Below, one piece after another: positions 51,639 through 60,046 of a stretch of DNA of 64,000 nucleotides. The DNA comes from Steroidobacteraceae bacterium (GTDB taxonomy: Bacteria; Pseudomonadota; Gammaproteobacteria; Steroidobacterales; Steroidobacteraceae): positions 11,335 through 75,334 of the forward strand of contig JBAUOO010000043.1 of the NCBI GenBank assembly GCA_049579785.1. Direction: 5' to 3'. Both the position numbers and the translations under genes were made by a program. The notes under the pieces were generated by a model. The model was not told the origin of the DNA, made no database searches, and saw only the letters and a program-made list of their open reading frames with translations. Every line of letters starts with the position of its first letter. Positions within the stretch are counted from its first letter, which is position 1.

Positions 51639-54137
51639 GTGAGCCAGATGCGCAGACTTTCCTTCGGCGTGCTGGTGACCGCGCTTGCCACGCTGATTCT
51701 GGAGCTGATGCTCACGCGGGTCTTCGACGTGACGCTCACCCCGAACCTCTCGTACTTCGTGGTCTCCCTCGCGATCTTCTCCTTCGGGCTGGCGGGGCTC
51801 TTCGCGACCCTGAAGCCGCTAGCTCCGCAGCGGGACATCCGCAGCGTGCTCGTGGCCTGCTGCGCAGGCTTCACCCTGTCCGCGCTCCTTCTCAACCCGA
51901 TCATCAATGCCCTGCCGCTCGACTATCACCGGATCGTGAAGGCGCCGCTCACCACCGTGGGCGCCTTCTGCGCGCTGTATCTCACGCTGCTCGTGCCCTT
52001 CGGGCTCGCGGGCTACGTGCTCATTACGGTGTTCTCGACCTACGCATCGCGGATCCAGCGCCTCTACTTCTGGGATCTGGTCGGCGCCGGTCTCGGCACC
52101 GTGATCGTCGTACCCTTCATCCTGATGATCGGCCCGGGGGGTCTGATCGTGTGCGCCGCGGCGTTGGCTCTGATCGCCGCGGCGCTCTTCAGCAGCTCGC
52201 GCGCCATCGGCGTCGGCTGCGTGGCGATGGCACTCGCCATTGCCGCGGTACCGGCGGCGCGCGGCAAGAACTACATCTCCTACCGCTACCACATCGAGAA
52301 GCGCGGCATCCTGACGGCGGTGCGGGAGGGGCGGGACGAGCTCGTCCGTTGGGACCCGATCTCCAAGGTCGATGTCATCGACCAGACTCTCGGCCGCGAA
52401 ACGATCACCGCCTGGCACCAGGCCGGCAACCGCAAGGCCATCCAGTATGACGGCGGCAATCAGACGAGCTACTTCTACCAATTCGACGGCAATCTGCCGG
52501 CGCTGCGCGCACGCATCCGCCAGGATCCCGAGCTCGCGAACGTCGACTTCTGGCAGATCGGCGTGCTTGCCGCGCACTACCTGAAACGCGATACCCATCA
52601 GAGCGTGCTCGTGATTGGGAGCGCCGGGGGCGAGGAGACCAAGGCGGCGCTCATGTATGGGGCGAAACGGGTCGATGCGATCGAGCTCGTGCCGACGGTA
52701 ATGAGACTCGCCCTCGGCCGCTACTCCGCCTACATCGGCAATATCTTCCATGACCCCGCGGTCGACCCGCACGTCGGCGATGGACGCAGCTTCCTGCAGC
52801 ACGCTCATCGCAAATACGACATCATCCAACTCTACAGCGATTACACGAGCTCGAGCATTGCGCAAGGGACCGGCGCAATGGCGCCGATGTACCTGCAGAC
52901 AGCCGAGGCCTACGAGCAGTACTTCCTGCACCTGACCCCAAACGGCGTGCTGCAGGTCAACAACTTCGCCTATCCCAGGATGATCACCACCGCCGCGCTC
53001 GCCTGGCGGCGGCTGGGCCTCACCGACTTGCAGCGCCACGTGGTGCTCTATTTCTCGCCCACGCAGCTGACGCTGCCGACGCTCCTCATCAAGATGCGGC
53101 CGTGGACGCCGGCGGAGATCGCAGCCCTCAACGCCTTCGTCGGCTCGCCGAAGCTCGCGCCGAAGGACCGGCTGTACCTGTGGGAGAACCCGCTCGAGCC
53201 GACGAGGAGCTTCCTTCCCTCGGTGTTCTATTCCGGCTCGTATCCTGCCTGGCTCGCGAACAGGATCCCCGCGGACTTCGCCCCGGTGACCGATGACCAG
53301 CCGTACTACGGCGAGCTGCGAGAGCACCTGGGTCATGTGCAGGCCAAACCGGGCAACTTCATCGACCCCGGCACGGAGTACGTGCTCAACTCCTCGATCA
53401 TCCGCGGCGTGCCGATGGATGAGATCCACCTCTTCCTGACAGCCGCTGCGTCGGTGATTTTCGTGATCCTGCTCGTCCTCGTACCCTTGCGCTTCTCCCG
53501 GGTGGGCCGGCAGGAAGGCGCCGCGGCCGCGCCGCTCCTCACCTACTTCTCCTGCCTCGGCGCGGGCTTCATCATGCTCGAGCTCGTCTACATCCAGAAG
53601 TTCATGAACCTCATCGGCAGCCCGCTGTATACGTACTCGACGGTCATCTGCACCCTGCTCTGCGCCGCGGGCCTCGGCAGCGCCGCCTCCGAGCGGTTGG
53701 GAATCTCGCCGCAGCGCCGCTGGTCGCGGCCGTTCCTCGCCGTGATCATCATCGGCCTCGCGCTCATCCTCTGGTATCCCTCCATTTCGCACCTCGTCCT
53801 CGCGCAACCGCTTGCCGGCCGCGTGGCGTTCTCCGTCGCGCTGCTCTTCCCGCTGGGGTTCTTCCTCGGCATGCCCTTCCCGCTCGGGATCCTCGCCCTC
53901 GAGCGCCAGCCGCGCGGCGCGGTGGCGTGGGCCTGGGGCATGAACGGTATCTGCACGGTGGTGGGAGGGCTCCTGAGCGTGCTCCTCTCCTACGAGAAGG
54001 GATTCAACTTCACGCTCCTCGTGGCGCTCGCCTGTTATGTCGTTGCCCTGGCCATTTTTGTCAAATTGCGCGACATGGTGCCGGCAGGCGAGTCGCAAGA
54101 CTACGAGCAAACGCTGCGCGGGCTGGAGGCCCTGTGA
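51639..54137 (+). CDS. Polytopic membrane protein fused to a spermidine-synthase-like (class I methyltransferase-fold) domain
   Basis: 832 aa. About 7 N-terminal TM segments, a central VLVIGSAGGEETKAAL...VDAIELVP...DIIQLY aminopropyl/methyltransferase-like domain, and further C-terminal TM segments. Confidence 0.7.
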   Translation: MSQMRRLSFGVLVTALATLILELMLTRVFDVTLTPNLSYFVVSLAIFSFGLAGLFATLKPLAPQRDIRSVLVACCAGFTLSALLLNPIINALPLDYHRIVKAPLTTVGAFCALYLTLLVPFGLAGYVLITVFSTYASRIQRLYFWDLVGAGLGTVIVVPFILMIGPGGLIVCAAALALIAAALFSSSRAIGVGCVAMALAIAAVPAARGKNYISYRYHIEKRGILTAVREGRDELVRWDPISKVDVIDQTLGRETITAWHQAGNRKAIQYDGGNQTSYFYQFDGNLPALRARIRQDPELANVDFWQIGVLAAHYLKRDTHQSVLVIGSAGGEETKAALMYGAKRVDAIELVPTVMRLALGRYSAYIGNIFHDPAVDPHVGDGRSFLQHAHRKYDIIQLYSDYTSSSIAQGTGAMAPMYLQTAEAYEQYFLHLTPNGVLQVNNFAYPRMITTAALAWRRLGLTDLQRHVVLYFSPTQLTLPTLLIKMRPWTPAEIAALNAFVGSPKLAPKDRLYLWENPLEPTRSFLPSVFYSGSYPAWLANRIPADFAPVTDDQPYYGELREHLGHVQAKPGNFIDPGTEYVLNSSIIRGVPMDEIHLFLTAAASVIFVILLVLVPLRFSRVGRQEGAAAAPLLTYFSCLGAGFIMLELVYIQKFMNLIGSPLYTYSTVICTLLCAAGLGSAASERLGISPQRRWSRPFLAVIIIGLALILWYPSISHLVLAQPLAGRVAFSVALLFPLGFFLGMPFPLGILALERQPRGAVAWAWGMNGICTVVGGLLSVLLSYEKGFNFTLLVALACYVVALAIFVKLRDMVPAGESQDYEQTLRGLEAL

Positions 54138-54152
54138 GGTGCGGCCGCGCCT

Positions 54153-54188
54153 GCTCTAGGCGGCACGCATGCTCTAGGCGCCACGCAT
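54153..54188. repeat. 18-bp tandem direct repeat x2 (plus a partial third copy) in a convergent intergenic spacer
   Basis: gctctaggcggcacgcat / gctctaggcgccacgcat differ at 1 position. They are followed by gctca..., which runs into the stop codon at 54191-54193. Confidence 0.7.
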
Positions 54189-54190
54189 GC

Positions 54191-56215
54191 TCACCGCGGC
54201 GGGCGTCCGTCCGATCGCGACTGCGGCGCTCTCGCGGGAGCCGCGCGCGCAGCGGCGGGCGGCGACTCCCGCGGCGCGCTCGGTGCCGCGGACCGCGGCT
54301 GCGGTATCTGACGCTCGGCTGGCGCAAAACGCTCCTCGGGCGCGGCCGGCTGCGGAATGAAGCGTTGCTCAGGTGCTTGACGCTCCGGCGAAGCAAAGCG
54401 CTCCTCGGGCGCGGGCGGCTGCGGAACGAAGCGTTGCTCGGGCGCCTGGCGCTCCGGCGAAGCACGGCGCTCCCCGGGGGCCGGCTGCGGAACGAACCGT
54501 TGCTCAGCCCCCTGACGCTCGGGAGTCATATGCTCCATGGGTGCACGCGGCTGCATCACCCGCGCTTGCGCCCAGGGTGGCCGATCATTTCTCAGCGCGC
54601 GTGCCGGCGGCAGCGTCGGATACTGCAACGCGCGCTCGCGGGCCGACATGATGCGCACCGCCGGGGCGCCCCGATTCGCCGGCGCAAGACGCACCGTCGC
54701 CGCCGGCGTGTACGGCCGCATCTGCGAGAGCTGCCTCACCGATAGGGGCCGACCGCCATTCGCCCGAATCGCCGCCTGCTCGCGGGCAAAGGTGACCGGA
54801 GCCCGCGGCGGCGCGAGTCGCGCCACGACGGATCGGTCGATGAGCGCGCGCGGCGGAGTCCTGACGGTCCGGCCCGCACGCGCTCCAAGCACGCTCTGGC
54901 GCTCGGGGGTGATGGCGGGAGCGGCGGTGGTTGCGCGGAGGTCGACGGTGCTCTGGTGCGGCAGGATCAGGCGGTGCGGGCCCACGGGCTGCGCCGAGAT
55001 GAATACGTTGCGCGGCACGGCGGTGATCGCGCCCGGGACTTCGCTATTGACATAGCGGAGGTTGGCGGCGCGTCCCTGGTACACGGTGGCGATGTCGGCG
55101 GTGTTGAGGATGCGCGTATTCGTGATGTTGATATTCCGCACGTACGCGGCGCTCGCGTGGTATCCGGGCACATAGACATCCCGCGGCCCGAGCGCGAACC
55201 AGCCCACAGGCGCGCCGGTCGTCCTTGACGCCCCCGCATGCCGGCCACCGACCCACCCCACCAGTGCCGGCGCGTATATCGGATGCACCCGGCGGGGTCC
55301 GGGAACCCAACACCAGCGGTTGTGCCAGTAACCCCATCGGCCGTAGTGAAACGGCGCAAACCCCCAGGGCTCCTCATCGACCCAGGTCCAGCCCCAGGGT
55401 GAGATCCAGGCCCAATTGCCGAGGCTGTAGGGGGCCCAGCCGACGGCGACCGTGGGGAACCAGGCATAGCCGAAATCCGCTGTGTAGTCCCAGCTGCCAT
55501 AGGATCCGAGGGTATCCGCCCCAACGGTCCCCGGCGCAACGTACTCCTGCGCGGCAGCGGCCTGCTGCTGCAACTGCTGGTCGCGCTGCAGCGACCAATC
55601 ATCGAGGGAGTCGGGCGCTCCGAGCATCGCGTAATCGGCCGCAAGCGTGTGGGTGCCGGTGAACGTGACGCTCTGTTGCGCGGTCACCGGAAAGGACTGC
55701 CCTCCGCCGCTCGCGAGCGCCTCGCCATCGTCCACCTTGACGATGGTCGTATCGCCGCTCTCGCTGACCTCCACCCGGTAGATGCCCGGCTGCTGCAGCG
55801 TCAGGGCGAGATTCGGGGTGTCGATCTCGTCGTTTTCCCCCTCGGCGAGCGTGAGCACGTGGACGATGACCGTGCCCGCGGTGACCTGCATCTGTGCGGT
55901 CTGATCATCGAGGTTGAGCAAGGAGAAGCCCGTGGTGCTGCCGAGGCGGATGACGGCATCGCCGATGTCGAGCTCCGCGCGCGAATTCTCATCCGCCCAG
56001 AGCTTGTCCCCGACGGTGAGCGGGCGGTTGAGGTCGGCGCTCGTCCAGGTGTTGGTGCCCGCCGGCTCGAGCGACACGCTACCGTCGAGATAGGAGAGTT
56101 GAGCGACGCGGCCGGGAGGGTCGGCCGCCTGCGCGAGCGCCTGGCCGAAGGAGCCGAGGCAGATCAGCATCGCTGCGGCCATCGCGCCAACGATCGATAG
56201 GGGTCGCATGGTCAT
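54191..56215 (-). CDS. Secreted FecR-domain/DUF6600-like protein with a Pro/Gln/Arg-rich repeat tail
   Basis: 674 aa. Signal peptide. N-terminal GRVAQLSYLDGSVSLEP...GDKLWADENSRAELDIGDAVIRL (FecR-like). C-terminal tandem PERQAPEQRF(V/I)PQP repeats. Confidence 0.6.
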   Translation of the reverse strand: MTMRPLSIVGAMAAAMLICLGSFGQALAQAADPPGRVAQLSYLDGSVSLEPAGTNTWTSADLNRPLTVGDKLWADENSRAELDIGDAVIRLGSTTGFSLLNLDDQTAQMQVTAGTVIVHVLTLAEGENDEIDTPNLALTLQQPGIYRVEVSESGDTTIVKVDDGEALASGGGQSFPVTAQQSVTFTGTHTLAADYAMLGAPDSLDDWSLQRDQQLQQQAAAAQEYVAPGTVGADTLGSYGSWDYTADFGYAWFPTVAVGWAPYSLGNWAWISPWGWTWVDEEPWGFAPFHYGRWGYWHNRWCWVPGPRRVHPIYAPALVGWVGGRHAGASRTTGAPVGWFALGPRDVYVPGYHASAAYVRNINITNTRILNTADIATVYQGRAANLRYVNSEVPGAITAVPRNVFISAQPVGPHRLILPHQSTVDLRATTAAPAITPERQSVLGARAGRTVRTPPRALIDRSVVARLAPPRAPVTFAREQAAIRANGGRPLSVRQLSQMRPYTPAATVRLAPANRGAPAVRIMSARERALQYPTLPPARALRNDRPPWAQARVMQPRAPMEHMTPERQGAEQRFVPQPAPGERRASPERQAPEQRFVPQPPAPEERFASPERQAPEQRFIPQPAAPEERFAPAERQIPQPRSAAPSAPRESPPAAARAAPARAPQSRSDGRPPR
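54320..54523 (-). repeat. Three tandem in-frame repeats of 66-69 nt within the coding sequence
   Basis: They encode PERQGAEQRFVPQPAPGERRAS / PERQAPEQRFVPQPPAPEERFAS / PERQAPEQRFIPQPAAPEERFAP, and the repeat is visible at DNA level (ctgcggaa(c/t)gaa(g/c)cgttgctc...). Confidence 0.75.
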
Positions 56216-56365
56216 ATCGATACCCTCCGATGCCGACTCTTATCATGATCCTCGATGCTGACCAAGTCCTGACGTGGCTTCCAGAGCCTCATGCCGGCTA
56301 TTGGGAGCGTAAGCGCCTGAACCCCCAGTGAACTGGGTGCGGGCGCTGACCGGTGCCGCCCCCGT

Positions 56366-56393
56366 TTGCCTTCACCCCTGTTAAGGCTATAAT
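56366..56393 (+). promoter_or_regulatory. Near-consensus sigma70 promoter for phd-vapC, predicting a leaderless mRNA
   Basis: TTGCCT (56366-56371), 16 nt, TATAAT (56388-56393). The antitoxin ATG starts at 56400, only 6 nt after the -10 element, with no Shine-Dalgarno. Confidence 0.45.
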
Positions 56394-56399
56394 GGCTCT

Positions 56400-56696
56400 A
56401 TGGAAAAGGCTACTGTATCCAAACTGAAGAACAACTTGAGTGCGTACCTGCGCAAGGTCCGGGCCGGGCAGCCCGTAGTGATATACGACCGTGACGTGCC
56501 GATCGCGCGCATCGAGCGCATCGAGTCGAGCGGCCGTGGGGGTGATCGACTTGCGCTGCTGGCGGCGCAGGGGATTACCCGGCCGGCCGCACGCCCGTTG
56601 TCGGCACGCGAGCTGCAGAGGCTGCTGCCCCGGCCATTGCTGCGCTCCGCCGGCGTCCTCGATGCGCTCCTGGAAGAGCGCGCGCACGATCGCTGA
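56400..56696 (+). CDS. Phd/YefM family antitoxin
   Basis: 98 aa. MEKATVSKLKNNLSAYLRKVRAGQPVVIYDRDVPIARI is the typical Phd/YefM N-terminus. Directly upstream of a PIN gene. Confidence 0.8.
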   Translation: MEKATVSKLKNNLSAYLRKVRAGQPVVIYDRDVPIARIERIESSGRGGDRLALLAAQGITRPAARPLSARELQRLLPRPLLRSAGVLDALLEERAHDR

Positions 56697-56701
56697 CCCG
56701 C

Positions 56702-57127
56702 ATGCGATTCTGGGATACGTCGGCAATTCTTCCGCTGATCGTCGATGAGCCCGCCCGCGAGAGGCTGCTCGAGCTGTATCAGCAGGATCCGCAGGTCGTG
56801 GCTTGGTGGACAACGCCGGTCGAGATAGCTTCGGCGGTTGCTCGTCGCGAACGTGAGGGCAGGATCTCCCCTGAGGACGCCGATGCCGCGCTGAAGGCGG
56901 CTCGGCGGCTCGCGGCGGCGTGGCACGAAGTCGTACCGAGCGATGCGATCCGACGCACCGCCGAACGGTTGCTTCGCGTGCACTCCTTGCGGGCGGCGGA
57001 CAGCTTGCAGTTATCTGCCGCGCTGATCGCCGCAAATCACGACCCGGCAACGCTCGAGATGGTCTGCTTCGACAGCCGATTGGCCGCCGCGGCACGACGA
57101 GAAGGCTTTGTCGTGATCAACTCATAA
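56702..57127 (+). CDS. vapC: VapC (PIN domain) toxin
   Basis: 141 aa. MRFWDTSAILPL (first acidic PIN residue), ...LRAADSLQLSAAL..., ...CFDSRLAAAARREGF. Confidence 0.85.
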   Translation: MRFWDTSAILPLIVDEPARERLLELYQQDPQVVAWWTTPVEIASAVARREREGRISPEDADAALKAARRLAAAWHEVVPSDAIRRTAERLLRVHSLRAADSLQLSAALIAANHDPATLEMVCFDSRLAAAARREGFVVINS

Positions 57128-57138
57128 CAGCCAGCATC

Positions 57139-57954
57139 GTGCGCGTCACTGTCACGGAGCTCAACATCTATCCGCTGAAGTCGGCCCGCGGGATACCGAA
57201 GGCGCGGGTACGGCTCGCAGCCACCGGCTTCGAGTGGGATCGGCACTGGATGGTGGTGCGCGAGGACGGCAGCTTCCTCACCCAGCGCACTCACCCGTCG
57301 CTGACCCAGATCGAGACGCAGCTGACCCAGCACGAGCTGATCCTGACATCCACGGGGTTGGAACCGCTGTCGCTGCCGCTTGCGCCGCAAGGGCTCGGCC
57401 GGCCGGTGCGCATCTGGAAGGATTCATGCGCAGCGTTGGATCAGGGCGATGCGACCGCCGCCTGGGTGAGCAGGGTGCTCGGTGAGCCGGTGCGGATCGT
57501 GCGCATGCCGGCAACACCCGGCCGCAGGGCCGATCCCGAGTACGCCGGTGCCGGCCCCTCGCCGATCGCCTTCCCCGACGCCTACCCGGTTCTCATCTGC
57601 AATCGCGCCTCGCTCGAGGATCTCAACCGGCGCTCTCCCGAAGCGCTGCCCATGGCGCGTTTCCGTCCCAACCTCGTGCTCGAGGGCCTGCCACCTTTCG
57701 CGGAGGATAGGATCGCCGCGATCGAGATCGGTCCGGTCACACTGACCCTGGTCAAGCCCTGCACCCGCTGCATCATCCCCTCGACGGATCAGCGCACCGG
57801 CATCCGCGGCTTCGATCCGCTGCCGGTGCTGCGGACCTTCCGCTTCGATCGGAAGCTGCTCGGGGTCACCTTTGGTGAGAACGCCGTCATCACCCGCGGT
57901 GTCGGCGAAGTCCTCGAGCGCGGCGCGGAGTGCCGGGTGAGCTACGATAATTGA
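57139..57954 (+). CDS. MOSC domain-containing protein
   Basis: GTG start (VRVTVTELNIYPLKSARG...). MOSC N-terminal beta-barrel plus conserved Cys context LVKPCTRCIIPSTDQRTG. Confidence 0.8.
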   Translation: MRVTVTELNIYPLKSARGIPKARVRLAATGFEWDRHWMVVREDGSFLTQRTHPSLTQIETQLTQHELILTSTGLEPLSLPLAPQGLGRPVRIWKDSCAALDQGDATAAWVSRVLGEPVRIVRMPATPGRRADPEYAGAGPSPIAFPDAYPVLICNRASLEDLNRRSPEALPMARFRPNLVLEGLPPFAEDRIAAIEIGPVTLTLVKPCTRCIIPSTDQRTGIRGFDPLPVLRTFRFDRKLLGVTFGENAVITRGVGEVLERGAECRVSYDN

Positions 57955-57999
57955 TCTTTCCCGCACGGCCCGATACCGTGCCTGTCCGCTTCTGAGGAA

Positions 58000-60030
58000 A
58001 TGGATCGCGCGAAGATGAGAAAAACGGCGTTGCTGCTGGCGGCCACCTGCATCGCATCGCAAGGAGTCGCGCACGCGCTCGGCGTATCGCCGTACCTGCC
58101 GTTGAATCTCGACCCGGACGTCGAAGCCCAAGTGGAGCGGGTGCTCATTCTCGGGGATGAGCCGGTCATGACCCGCCCGATCCCGGCGGCGCTGGTGCTC
58201 GATGCGTTACCCAAGGCCTGCAAGGTGGATCGTCCGCTCTGCGAGCGCGTGCGCCACTATCTCGAGCGCTACATGCACACCACGGACGTGGAATTCACCA
58301 GCGTGTCAGCCGCCGCAACCTCCGGATCATCGAACATCGTGCTGCCGAATCAGCATGGGGAGAAGGCACAGAGCCCCTACCAGGTCGCCGGAGCCGCCTA
58401 TATTCAGCCCAATTCCTACATGCTGCTCAATGTCGGCGGCGTCGCCTATCAGGGACGGGCGACGCCCACCGGGACGATGCTGAGTCTCGGTTTCGACTGG
58501 GCGCAGCTCGATATCGGCTGGCGCGATCATTGGTGGTCGCCGATGACCGACAGCGCGATGCTGGTGAGCACCGAGGCGCCGACCATGCCCTCCATCACGC
58601 TATCGAACTATCGGCCGCTGACACGGCTCGGACTGCACTACGAGGTCTTCGTGGCGCGCATGTCGGAATCGGACCGCATCGAGCTCACCAACGGTAAGCT
58701 GACGCGCGGCTATCCCAAGATGGGTGGCATCCGCCTGGGTATCGAGCCGGTCAGTGGCTGGGCATTGTCGCTCCAGCGCGTGCTCTTCTGGGGCGGAGGG
58801 GCGGCGGGCGGTGAGTCGCTCTCGAATATCTTTCAGGCGTTCATCAATCCCAGCAAGGCGCAGACCAGCGGCTTCAACGCCGGCACCGACGTCGTCGCCA
58901 AGCAGGAAGCCTCCGTGACCAGCCGGTTCATCTTTCCCGGGCGCGTGCCCTTCTCCGTCTATTTCGAGTATGCCGGCAACGATACCCTGGCAGGTCATAC
59001 GCCGCTCGTCGGCAAGGCCGATCTCTCGGCGGGAATCGATTTTCCGCGCATCGGCCCGTTCAACCTCACGTACGAGTTCGACTCCTGGTCGCCCACCTGG
59101 TACGTGCATGGCGCGAGCAACGTGCAGACGGGCTATCTCGATGGCCTCGTCAACTATGGTGACAGCATCGGCAACTGGTTCGGCGACCAACGCGTGCTGG
59201 CGACTCCCACTACGGAGGCCGATGAGGTGGGCGGCCAGAGCAACCTGCTGCGCCTGGGCTGGGAGCCCTCCTTCGGCGGCCTCCTGCAGCTTCAGCTGCG
59301 CGCGCTCGCCAACGAGGGCGACACACTCTTTGCGACCTTCCCGTACAAGAACGAGTACCTCGAGTCACTCAGCTATTCCTATCCCTGGAAAGGCTACTCG
59401 GTGGGCGCCGAGGTCGATGACGGCCGGGACGTCTTCGGCAGCCACTACCTGCGCCTCGAGGGGTATCTGCGCGATGGGGAGGCGCTGCTGCGCGGCGGCG
59501 ATGATGATTCCGAAACCGCCGCTTTCGCGGGCGCTCGCCCGGAGGGAGATGAGCTCTATGTCAGCGCGGGCGCGAGCTATTCCCGCACCCTCGTCGACCT
59601 GCATGTGATCAAACCCTACGACACGAAATGGAGCGCCGGGCCTTACGTGGCCCTCGGCGCCCGCCGCCGGGTCTCGACGCACCAGGACCTGGGCGTGGCG
59701 CTCGAGGCGGATGACATCAGCGGGCGGACGCTCCTGAGCGTTCGGATGCTCGATTACCGCTATCGGTTCAACGGGCCGCTCGCTCTGAATGCGTTCTTCG
59801 GCGCCTCGCGCCTCCCGGAAGGAACGCCGGCCTATGGAGTCTATGCGGGAGCGGGCGTGCAGTGGCGCAACGTGCTGCCCGGTTGGGATGTCGGCCTCGA
59901 CTACCGCGAGGTCATCGATGCGGAGCGGGAGCGAGACCTGCCGACCGATCCGCAGCCGCTTGGCAGCGCAAAGCCGGACGCGCTCTACAGCGTCTCCAGC
60001 TGGACGCTGTACCTCTCGCGGAAATTCTAA
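58000..60030 (+). CDS. Wzi family capsule-assembly outer-membrane protein
   Basis: 676 aa. Signal peptide, Wzi-like N-terminal helical bundle sequence (PYLPLNLDPDVEAQVERVLILGD...), long beta-barrel and terminal ...YLSRKF. Confidence 0.7.
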   Translation: MDRAKMRKTALLLAATCIASQGVAHALGVSPYLPLNLDPDVEAQVERVLILGDEPVMTRPIPAALVLDALPKACKVDRPLCERVRHYLERYMHTTDVEFTSVSAAATSGSSNIVLPNQHGEKAQSPYQVAGAAYIQPNSYMLLNVGGVAYQGRATPTGTMLSLGFDWAQLDIGWRDHWWSPMTDSAMLVSTEAPTMPSITLSNYRPLTRLGLHYEVFVARMSESDRIELTNGKLTRGYPKMGGIRLGIEPVSGWALSLQRVLFWGGGAAGGESLSNIFQAFINPSKAQTSGFNAGTDVVAKQEASVTSRFIFPGRVPFSVYFEYAGNDTLAGHTPLVGKADLSAGIDFPRIGPFNLTYEFDSWSPTWYVHGASNVQTGYLDGLVNYGDSIGNWFGDQRVLATPTTEADEVGGQSNLLRLGWEPSFGGLLQLQLRALANEGDTLFATFPYKNEYLESLSYSYPWKGYSVGAEVDDGRDVFGSHYLRLEGYLRDGEALLRGGDDDSETAAFAGARPEGDELYVSAGASYSRTLVDLHVIKPYDTKWSAGPYVALGARRRVSTHQDLGVALEADDISGRTLLSVRMLDYRYRFNGPLALNAFFGASRLPEGTPAYGVYAGAGVQWRNVLPGWDVGLDYREVIDAERERDLPTDPQPLGSAKPDALYSVSSWTLYLSRKF

Positions 60031-60031
60031 G

Positions 60032-60046
60032 GCGGCGCGGCGCCGC
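60032..60046. terminator. Short GC hairpin plus T-rich run between convergent wzi-like and modA
   Basis: gcggcgc-g-gcgccgc followed by tattt. Overlaps the modA stop codon (60046-60048). Confidence 0.25.

Noticed and set aside
51819-54110. 763-aa minus-strand ORF antisense to the spermidine-synthase-like gene
   Set aside because: A shadow ORF. It is highly charged (R/E/D/H-rich) with no motifs, and the plus frame shows coherent TM helices and a methyltransferase-fold motif.
54153-54188. Possible mini-CRISPR array
   Set aside because: There are only two directly abutting 18-bp copies with no spacers and no cas genes. It is a simple tandem duplication.
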